From positions 1-36,794 of the forward strand of contig JABDIW010000041.1 of NCBI GenBank assembly GCA_013003515.1: DNA of 36,794 nucleotides. Direction: 5' to 3'. The notes under the pieces are model-generated. The model was not told the origin of the DNA. It was given only the letters and a program-made list of their open reading frames with translations, and searched no databases. The position numbers and the translations under genes were made by a program. Below are positions 14,031-20,677 of the stretch, piece after piece (position 1 is the first letter of the stretch; each line of letters begins with the position of its first letter). This stretch comes from Acidimicrobiia bacterium. Lineage in GTDB: Bacteria > Actinomycetota > Acidimicrobiia > Spongiisociales > UBA5794.

Positions 14031-15230
14031 TCAGGGCTCGTGGATCACGGGGGCCGACACGCGTCGGTCCCCGCATCCGCGCCCCACCATGAGCGAGAGC
14101 ATCCCGCTATGGGACTGGATGCCGTTGGCCGACGCGAACCAGATCGAGCCGCCGTCCATCGCGGGCGCCTGGTACCAGCTCCTCGTCAGCCCGAACTCGG
14201 CGGCTGCGAAGTGGTGGCGGTGCCCGGTCAAGAGAAGCTCGACGTCCTGGGCTGGACGCTGGCCCTTGATCTGTCCGGTGAGCCACTTGTCGACCGCGAC
14301 CGAGGCGTCCTTGCCACCCATGCCGACATGGCCATGGGTGGTGGCGACTCTCACACCTTCGACATCGAAGCGAGTGACGGTCGGGTCGGCTTCATGAGGA
14401 CCGACGAGTTTGACGTCGTGATACCGCTCGGGGTTGGCGCCAAGGACGTCTCCGACTCTGTCGAGGAGCTGGAGGTCCCGGTTGTCGGTGATGGAGGTTC
14501 GGTGCTTTCCGTCGTCACGTTTCTCTCCATGGTTCGACACGCACGAGGTGAGCGTGATCGGCCAGCCCAAGAAGCGGTCGACCGCGGACAGGAGGAGCCG
14601 CGTGGCGACACGCATCTGCTCCCGCTCGTCGAGGTCGATCTCATAGAGCTGGTGTGGGTACCAGCCGTTGCAGCCCTCGGCGAGGTCACCGAGTCCGGCG
14701 AGCACGATCGAGTCGGGCTTCTCGGCCTTGGCTCGTTCGAGCGCCTGGTCCAGACAGACGGCGATACGATCGACGGTGGCTTCGGTGCCGCCGCCTTCGC
14801 CTTTGCCGATCTGCCAGTCTGCGAGGGCCACGACCAGCGCTCGACCTTCGCCGGTCGCGGCCCTCGGTGACGCCGACTTGAGACGGGAGGCCCTCTTGCA
14901 GAGGGCCTCCATGTCCTTGTCGGTGACCATGTGTGAACGCAGACGGATGCGAGCCTTGAAGTAGTAGGCCCGCTCGATGGTCCCGCCGCCGACGTTCATG
15001 TCCCACGAGCGCACCTCGACCGAGTCTTCGGCCACGGTGTATCGCTCGGGGTCGAGCCCGAGGTTCGTGAGGATGTAGCCCCAGTCGTCGGGCTCGACGT
15101 CATCGTCCTTGCGAATGCAGAGGTGCCCACCGTTGGGGCCGACCTCGTACCCCTGTTCCCAACCGGCAGGGTCCTTGTGTGCCCAGCCGCCCGGCTTGGG
15201 GGCCGCGTTCATGTCGTCGAGGAGGCCCAT
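14031..15230 (-). CDS. Calcineurin-like metallophosphoesterase (Mre11/SbcD-like fold) with a roughly 130-aa N-terminal extension
   Basis: Motifs LGDLAEG (GDxxD/E-like), VSNHGE (GNHE-like), TTHGH and LTGHRHH. Motif I reads ADWQ and lacks the usual His. Confidence 0.75.
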   Translation of the reverse strand: MGLLDDMNAAPKPGGWAHKDPAGWEQGYEVGPNGGHLCIRKDDDVEPDDWGYILTNLGLDPERYTVAEDSVEVRSWDMNVGGGTIERAYYFKARIRLRSHMVTDKDMEALCKRASRLKSASPRAATGEGRALVVALADWQIGKGEGGGTEATVDRIAVCLDQALERAKAEKPDSIVLAGLGDLAEGCNGWYPHQLYEIDLDEREQMRVATRLLLSAVDRFLGWPITLTSCVSNHGEKRDDGKHRTSITDNRDLQLLDRVGDVLGANPERYHDVKLVGPHEADPTVTRFDVEGVRVATTHGHVGMGGKDASVAVDKWLTGQIKGQRPAQDVELLLTGHRHHFAAAEFGLTRSWYQAPAMDGGSIWFASANGIQSHSGMLSLMVGRGCGDRRVSAPVIHEP

Positions 15231-15515
15231 TCAGTCGCTACTCCCGCGCAGGGTGACGTCGGGGCCACACAGACAGCGCCCGGCGAGATGTTCGGTGACG
15301 TTGCTCTGGCCGATCTCGAACCCGAGCTTGCGCAGGAGGCTCGTGAGCGTTGGGGCTCCCATGCCTTGGGCTCTGGCCTCGGCGAGGCGCTCACGATCGC
15401 CGTCATCGACGACCGCGCCGTCAGGGAGGGCCGTGATGCCTTCAAGGATGAGAGCGGTCCTGCACAGGACTTCGGTGTCGGCCTGGAAGATGGGGTAGCT
15501 GTCGAGGAGACCCAT
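15231..15515 (-). CDS. Hypothetical 94-aa protein, possibly HTH-containing
   Basis: Starts 1 nt after the endolysin stop. GAPTLTSLLRKLGFEIGQSNVTEHLAG is HTH-like. Shares the MGLLD start and 20/22 nt of junction DNA with the next gene. Confidence 0.6.
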   Translation of the reverse strand: MGLLDSYPIFQADTEVLCRTALILEGITALPDGAVVDDGDRERLAEARAQGMGAPTLTSLLRKLGFEIGQSNVTEHLAGRCLCGPDVTLRGSSD

Positions 15516-16661
15516 TCAGCCGAGCACATCCTTGCGGATGGTCGCCAGCGGTTCGAGCGCGGACTCGTTCAACGTGTGCGACAGCTCGACCGCCTTCGAG
15601 TTGGCGTCGGCGATCGTGTGTAGAGCCTCGGCGAAGCCGGTGACCTGGGAGCGCAACGTCTCGATGAGCCGGGCCTGGTCGCCGATGAGCTGTTGAGCGA
15701 GATCGAACTGGGCAGCCAGCTCCTCGTTCGTGAGGCCCTCGGCCGGCGCGGCGTGCTCGACCAGCGGCATCGCCAAGTCGAGGAAGTGGGTCCACGCGAA
15801 CGTGCCGACGATGCCGTCGTTGTTCTTGCGTCGAGGGAACGAGGTCTCCTCGAACCGCTTCCATGCCTGGGTCAGCTCGGTCGACTTGGTGCCGTCGATC
15901 TTGCCGCCCCACAGGGGACGCCCGTCGGAGTCGGGCAGGCGGCGGAACCCGCGCTGCATGAGTTCGCACACGGGATGCTTGTCGCCTGGCTCAAGCCGGT
16001 TGTAGACCTTGCCCAGCTCGGCCAGCTCGGGCAGCTCCTCGACCTCGTCGGCCTTGGTCAAGGCGTCGATCGTCTTCGCGATGCGCTTGACGTTGAGGCG
16101 ACCTGGGTCCCAATGGTCCTGGCCGGGGCTCGTCTGGTGGGTGGCCCAACCGGTGAAGTTGTACCACTCCTTCGGAGTCTTGCGACCGACGTAGGTGTCG
16201 GTGGCCAGCACGAAGCCATCACCGTTGCCGAGCGGCGTATCCCACGAGTTCGGGATGCCGGTCAGATCCATGATGGGAGCGAAGACCTCGGTGGCGAGCC
16301 AGTCGAGCTGCTCGTTGGTCAGCTTGTGCATGTCGCGGGCGTAGCCGATCAACGTCACCTGGACGCAGAAGCGGCCAGCGTGGTTGGTCTCGAACGAGGG
16401 GTTCTTGCGGCGGTAGCTCGACGTCATCGACGAGTAGCCCTTGAGGCTGTACGCGGTGCGATCCAGGCGGATCATCTGGTACAGCTCGCGGGTCACGGGG
16501 TCGGCGATGATGTGGTACGGCCACTCCATCGAGAAGAGGGCCTTGGCCGAGCCAGCCTTGGTTTCGGTGGTGTGGACCACGCCGCGCACGGGCAGGTCGC
16601 CTCGACGAGGCTCACCACCTTTGCGCTCGTGGCCGACCCACTTTGCGTTGGGGTGCTGCAT
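15516..16661 (-). CDS. Endolysin: N-acetylmuramoyl-L-alanine amidase (amidase_2/PGRP-like) with a PG_binding_1-like domain and a C-terminal coiled coil
   Basis: VVHTTE, NHAG..VQVTLIGY and HWDPG match an amidase_2 pattern. GDKHPVCELMQRGF...DGIVGTFAW resembles a peptidoglycan-binding repeat. Lies directly after the holin. Confidence 0.85.
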   Translation of the reverse strand: MQHPNAKWVGHERKGGEPRRGDLPVRGVVHTTETKAGSAKALFSMEWPYHIIADPVTRELYQMIRLDRTAYSLKGYSSMTSSYRRKNPSFETNHAGRFCVQVTLIGYARDMHKLTNEQLDWLATEVFAPIMDLTGIPNSWDTPLGNGDGFVLATDTYVGRKTPKEWYNFTGWATHQTSPGQDHWDPGRLNVKRIAKTIDALTKADEVEELPELAELGKVYNRLEPGDKHPVCELMQRGFRRLPDSDGRPLWGGKIDGTKSTELTQAWKRFEETSFPRRKNNDGIVGTFAWTHFLDLAMPLVEHAAPAEGLTNEELAAQFDLAQQLIGDQARLIETLRSQVTGFAEALHTIADANSKAVELSHTLNESALEPLATIRKDVLG

Positions 16662-16662
16662 T

Positions 16663-16896
16663 TCAGACGAGTCCTCTCTGGGAGACGGGGACAGGGCTGA
16701 CGCGACGGATCACCGCTAGCACGCCCAGAAGGGTCGTGATCGCTTGGCCGATCCAGTCCGCCAGCTCGGGGGTGGCGAGGACCACGTCCTGGGTGAGGAC
16801 GAATTGGAGCACTGCGACGGTAGCGGCGATCCAGGTCACCGCGGAGCCGAGCACTACTTGGGCGCGCTCTATGAATTGGTCGAGGAGCATTGCCAT
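16663..16896 (-). CDS. Holin (two transmembrane helices)
   Basis: Helices VVLGSAVTWIAATVAVLQFVL and WIGQAITTLLGVLAVI with a basic C-tail. Immediately upstream of the endolysin. A second ATG at 16890 has better spacing from GAAAGGA. Confidence 0.7.
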   Translation of the reverse strand: MAMLLDQFIERAQVVLGSAVTWIAATVAVLQFVLTQDVVLATPELADWIGQAITTLLGVLAVIRRVSPVPVSQRGLV

Positions 16897-16908
16897 TCCT
16901 TTCAGGGG

Positions 16909-19044
16909 TTACGAGGTGAGTGAGGCGTCGAAGCGGCGCTCGTTGAGCGTCACGTCGAAGCGACGGAGGCCGAGCACCACGCGCACGACGGTGGGGTCGC
17001 GGGGGACGCCACCGCTGAACGTCATGGCCCCGAACGCTGTGGTGGGCGCGATACCGAGCAACGTGAGGTCGCGGTTGCCGACGGTGAACGCCATGACGCC
17101 GAACGCGGTGGTGGATGCGATGCCGGTGGCGTCGAAGTTCTCGTTCGAGCCGAAGGCCATCGTGCCGAACGCTGTCGTGGGCGCGATGCCCAAGGCGTCG
17201 AAGTCGACGTTGCCCGTCGTGAACGACATCGTGCCGAAGGCCGTCGTCGGGGCGATGCCGTTGGCCGAGAAGGTGCCGGGCTGGCTGAACGCCATCGTGC
17301 CGAACGCTGTGGTGGGCGCGATGCCCAGAGCGTCGAAGTCGACGTTGCCTTCGGTGAGAGCCATCGTGCCGAACGCTGTGGTCGGGGCGATGCCGACGGC
17401 CGTGAACTCTTCGGCGAGGTTGCCGCCCTCGAAGTTGTCGAAGACTCGGACACCCTGCCAGCCGCCACCAGCGGAGCCGGTGTAGTGGCTGAGGCCCGCG
17501 TCGCCGCCGACAGCGACCGTGCCAGGCACGGTGCCGGTGAACTCGACGACGTCATTGATCTTGCAGGTGACGTTGCCTGCGGCGTCGATCTCGATGCGCT
17601 GGATGTCGCCGGTCGCGATCGCCGAGCCGCCACCTTCGACGGCCGTGAAGCTCCCGTTGATTACGTAGCCCCACTCCGAGTCGGTGCCATCGCCTTGGAA
17701 GAAGACGCCGTTGCCGCCCGTCTGGCACCAGACGGCTGGACCGGCAAGGATGCCCGAGAGTGCCCTGCGCTCGACCTCGGCGTACTGGGCGTCCCCGTAG
17801 TTGCCGTCGTGGCCGTAGAGGAGCTTGGTGCCTGAGCCTGCGAGGTTGACGTCGACACCGATCGAGGTGCCGTCGTCATAGACACGCATCTGACCGTTGT
17901 CGGTGGCCGAGTGATCGGTCCAGTTGCTCGTGGTGCCCAGCTCGGCGAGATGGGTATGGGCCTGGAAGTCGTCGGTGTAGGGCGGGTCGCCGACATCGTT
18001 CTGGAGGTCGACGACGCCGAACGCTGTGGTGGGTGCGATGCCGGTGGCGTCGAAGTTGACATTGCCAGCGGTGAACGACATGGCACCGAACGCCGTCGTG
18101 GGCGCGATGCCGGTGGCGTCGAAGTCGACGTTCGAGCTGAACGACATGGCGCCGAAGGCGGTGGTGGGCGCGATGCCCAGGGCGTCGAAGTCGACGTTGC
18201 CTGTCGTGAACGACATGGCACCGAAGGCGGTGGTCGGCGCGATGCCGAGCGCGTTGAACTCCGTGGCCCCACTGAACGACATGACGCCGAACGCCGTGGT
18301 GGGCGCGATGCCGGTGGCGTCGAAGTCGACGTTGCCTTCGGTGAGGGCCATCGTGCCGAACGCTGTGGTCGGGGCGATGCCGGTGGCGTCGAAGTCGACG
18401 TTGCCTTCGGTGAGGGCCATCGTGCCGAACGCGACCGTGGATGCGATGCCGAGCGCGTTGAAGTCTTCGTTCGCCGCGGTGGCGTCGGTGCATTCCCAGT
18501 CGTCGGCCTGGACGCCGTTGCCTGCCGTCGTGCCGTTGGTGCAGATGCCCGGCTTGCCCGAGGCGTGGGTAGCGTCCGTCGTCGACTGCCACGAACCCGC
18601 GTTCTGGCGCACACGGATCGTTGTGCCTGTTGCTTCGAGGCGTACGCTGTCGCCAGCCGCGGTGGTTGGAAGGCTGCTCGTGAGCTGAGTGATGGTGCCG
18701 GTGTCGATGCGATAGGACCGCATGACCCCGCCGCCCAGAAGGCCGAGATAGCCGTCGCCAGCGGAGTCGCCGCGCACGGTGACGAACATGCCGACGTCGT
18801 TGTTGTCCTTGACGAACTCGGCGTACTGGTCGTCAGGGAACGACGCTTCGGCCCGGAGCCACAACGCTGAGGTGTGGCCGCCGTCGTAGCCGTACTGGAT
18901 CAGCTCGATGCGTTGGTCGCCAGCGACGTCCACGACCTCGACGTCGGCGAGTGTGGACGTCGACTCCTCGTAGTCTTTCGACCAGTCGGCGTGGTTCTCC
19001 AGGTTGCCGAGAGAGTAGGACTCGAAGTCTGTGGTGATCGGCAT
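16909..19044 (-). CDS. Repeat-rich tail fibre / receptor-binding candidate (711 aa)
   Basis: Last structural gene before the lysis cassette. Two roughly 190-aa beta-rich domains are each followed by an array of 22-23-aa DFDAxGIAPTTAFGxMxF repeats (7 and 6 copies). Confidence 0.8.
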   Translation of the reverse strand: MPITTDFESYSLGNLENHADWSKDYEESTSTLADVEVVDVAGDQRIELIQYGYDGGHTSALWLRAEASFPDDQYAEFVKDNNDVGMFVTVRGDSAGDGYLGLLGGGVMRSYRIDTGTITQLTSSLPTTAAGDSVRLEATGTTIRVRQNAGSWQSTTDATHASGKPGICTNGTTAGNGVQADDWECTDATAANEDFNALGIASTVAFGTMALTEGNVDFDATGIAPTTAFGTMALTEGNVDFDATGIAPTTAFGVMSFSGATEFNALGIAPTTAFGAMSFTTGNVDFDALGIAPTTAFGAMSFSSNVDFDATGIAPTTAFGAMSFTAGNVNFDATGIAPTTAFGVVDLQNDVGDPPYTDDFQAHTHLAELGTTSNWTDHSATDNGQMRVYDDGTSIGVDVNLAGSGTKLLYGHDGNYGDAQYAEVERRALSGILAGPAVWCQTGGNGVFFQGDGTDSEWGYVINGSFTAVEGGGSAIATGDIQRIEIDAAGNVTCKINDVVEFTGTVPGTVAVGGDAGLSHYTGSAGGGWQGVRVFDNFEGGNLAEEFTAVGIAPTTAFGTMALTEGNVDFDALGIAPTTAFGTMAFSQPGTFSANGIAPTTAFGTMSFTTGNVDFDALGIAPTTAFGTMAFGSNENFDATGIASTTAFGVMAFTVGNRDLTLLGIAPTTAFGAMTFSGGVPRDPTVVRVVLGLRRFDVTLNERRFDASLTS
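17014..17409 (-). repeat. In-frame tandem repeat array 2 (6 copies, 66-69 nt period)
   Basis: Encodes aa 546-677. The 65-nt stretch 17331-17395 matches 18318-18382 with one mismatch. Confidence 0.85.
18007..18465 (-). repeat. In-frame tandem repeat array 1 (7 copies, 66-69 nt period)
   Basis: Encodes aa 194-346. A perfect 59-nt duplicate lies at 18305-18363 and 18374-18432 (69-nt period). Confidence 0.85.
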
Positions 19045-19045
19045 C

Positions 19046-19468
19046 TCAGACCGCCTTTAGGGCCTCGGACTTGAGCGCTGCGACCAAGCCCTCGGCGTCC
19101 AGGGGCGTCTCGTTCCCGCCTTCGCGGTGCTGCCCAGACAGGAAGTCGGCGATGAGGCGGTCGATGAGTAGCTCGTAGGTCTCTTCGGCTGCGGCAAGAG
19201 AAGTGGCCGCTATCGGCGAGATGGTGTCCTGGAGTGTCTCGGGGAAGGCGAAGATGTCGTCCTGGTTGACCAGGCGGCGATGGTCGTCCTTGGAGATGCC
19301 TTCGCAGTAGAGGAGGCACATGGCGTCCCAGCCGGGGATGTCCATGGCTCGCCACGCGCAGGTCACGAGCGGCACGGCGTCGATGTCGTTGACATACTTG
19401 GGGGCGCGGTACTTGTGGCGCACCGAACGGCCACGCTCCATGGGCACGAGGTACCAGCGGTTCATCAT
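19046..19468 (-). CDS. Hypothetical 140-aa protein in the tail module
   Basis: ATGA overlap with the upstream gene. Ends 2 nt before the fibre gene ATG. No motif recognised. Confidence 0.65.
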   Translation of the reverse strand: MMNRWYLVPMERGRSVRHKYRAPKYVNDIDAVPLVTCAWRAMDIPGWDAMCLLYCEGISKDDHRRLVNQDDIFAFPETLQDTISPIAATSLAAAEETYELLIDRLIADFLSGQHREGGNETPLDAEGLVAALKSEALKAV

Positions 19469-19884
19469 TCCTCATCTCCGTCGAAGATCGTCCACGCCGT
19501 GAACTGCCAAGGCTCGATGCCGAGGAAGTCCGCTATGCGCTCGATGACGGCATCGACGTCATCGACGACGTGCCGATAGTCGACCGTCAGGGTGGGTTTG
19601 CCGCATGAGGCCAGGAACTCCTGGGTGGAGGTCGTTGCCTCCTGCCACAGGTCGAGGGCCTCTTCTTCGGTGCGCCCCATCGCCCAGCCTCGGCGCTGGA
19701 TGGACCGCACGGCACCACGGCGGTGCGCATAGATGTAGCTGTCCGCGTCGACCGGGCGCCGCGTCGGGAACGACTGCATGGTCACTCCCTGGGGACCGAG
19801 CGAGGACTCGGCGAGGATGGTATGTAGGAGCCCCTTGCCCGAAGCGACCGCTCCTACAATGGCCACCCTGCGCCGATCCTGCAC
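19465..19884 (-). CDS. Small P-loop / sulfotransferase-like protein (139 aa), tentative
   Basis: RVAIVGAVASGKGLL is P-loop or 5-prime-PSB-like. The C-terminus LTVDYRHVVDDVDAVIERIADFLGIEP resembles the conserved sulfotransferase tail (YE.L..DP...i.ri..FLG). GTG start at 19884. Confidence 0.45.
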   Translation of the reverse strand: MQDRRRVAIVGAVASGKGLLHTILAESSLGPQGVTMQSFPTRRPVDADSYIYAHRRGAVRSIQRRGWAMGRTEEEALDLWQEATTSTQEFLASCGKPTLTVDYRHVVDDVDAVIERIADFLGIEPWQFTAWTIFDGDEE

Positions 19885-19888
19885 GGGC

Positions 19889-20278
19889 TCAGAGAGCGAA
19901 GATGCGGTTCGCGCCAGCGGACCAGACGGCCGTGATGTCGCCCCCGTTGGGGGTCACGGTGTCGTCGTCGATGAAGGCAATGAGTGGCGATGTCGCCGCC
20001 ACCCCCGTGTCCTTGTAGATGACGACCGCTTCCACCGTGGCGCCCGAGACTGCCGTCCACACGAGGTTGTCTGCGTCGAAGACGCCATCGGTGATGGACT
20101 TGTTGGCGAGGGTCCCATCGGTGCCCACGACTCCGCTCAGCTCGCTGTAGAACTGGTGGGTCGCGGTGTAGGTGTAGGTGCCCGTGTCCACCAACGCGAC
20201 CTTGATCGTGTCGGTGTCGAGAGCGATGTCTCCGGCGAGGAATGCTTCCTTGCCCTTGGGATATAGCACAGAGGCCAT
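19889..20278 (-). CDS. Conserved phage protein of unknown function (129 aa), probably virion-associated
   Basis: Strong RBS ACAAGGAGCTA and its own 70-nt leader carrying the 30-nt conserved element. Beta-rich sequence MASVLYPKGKEAFLAGDIALDTDTIKVALVD... Confidence 0.7.
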   Translation of the reverse strand: MASVLYPKGKEAFLAGDIALDTDTIKVALVDTGTYTYTATHQFYSELSGVVGTDGTLANKSITDGVFDADNLVWTAVSGATVEAVVIYKDTGVAATSPLIAFIDDDTVTPNGGDITAVWSAGANRIFAL

Positions 20279-20311
20279 GGGGTATAGCTCCTTGTTTGTT
20301 GGCCGCCCCAG

Positions 20312-20341
20312 GGCGAGGCGGGATCAGGGAGCTGGCAAGAG
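20312..20341 (-). promoter_or_regulatory. Conserved 30-nt leader element, copy 2
   Basis: Minus strand reads CTCTTGCCAGCTCCCTGATCCCGCCTCGCC and matches 27734-27763 at 26/30 positions. Followed by the shared ACAAGGAGCTA RBS box (20285-20295). Confidence 0.5.
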
Positions 20342-20348
20342 CTGGCGA

Positions 20349-20666
20349 TTACTCGACGGTGAAGCCGCCGACTTCTTGGACGGGTGTCTCGCCCGTGATG
20401 CTGAACCGACACCAGAGCTTCCAGTCGCCCTCGGCGACGTCGAGGCCGCTTCCGACCGCGGGCATCGTCGGCGTCAGGGCGCTCATCCGCTTGAGCGCAG
20501 TGTTGAACGTGCCGGTCCACTCGCCAGCCACCCATCCCGACGTCGGGGCCACGTTTACGTCGAGAGCGGTCACGGCGAAGTCGGGTGCGCCCGAGCCGCT
20601 GGGATCTGAGGGGCTGGTGACTGTCGTCGGGAGCTTCTCCGACGAGGTGCGCTTGAGCGTTGCCAT
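20349..20666 (-). CDS. Hypothetical 105-aa tail-module protein
   Basis: ATG 20666 lies 11 nt after the upstream stop. Coding-like composition. Confidence 0.65.
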   Translation of the reverse strand: MATLKRTSSEKLPTTVTSPSDPSGSGAPDFAVTALDVNVAPTSGWVAGEWTGTFNTALKRMSALTPTMPAVGSGLDVAEGDWKLWCRFSITGETPVQEVGGFTVE

Positions 20667-20677
20667 GGGCCGAGTCC

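Noticed and set aside
13725-16700. Plus-strand ORFs 13725..14870 (381 aa) and 15693..16700 (335 aa), antisense to the metallophosphoesterase and endolysin genes.
   Set aside because: They have Gly/Val/Arg/Asp-rich composition and no motifs. The sense-strand genes carry clear catalytic signatures and tight coupling with their neighbours.
17014-18465. Regular 66-69-bp periodic repeats that could superficially resemble a CRISPR array.
   Set aside because: The repeats are contiguous with no unique spacers. They are in frame within a 711-aa ORF and encode a conserved peptide unit. They are coding tandem repeats.
20312-20341. Reading the TTGCCA inside the conserved 30-nt element as a standard sigma-70-type -35 box.
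   Set aside because: At 16-19 nt downstream both copies read CGCCGA / CGCCCT, not a TAnnnT -10. A housekeeping promoter is therefore unsupported and the element is reported as unknown regulatory.
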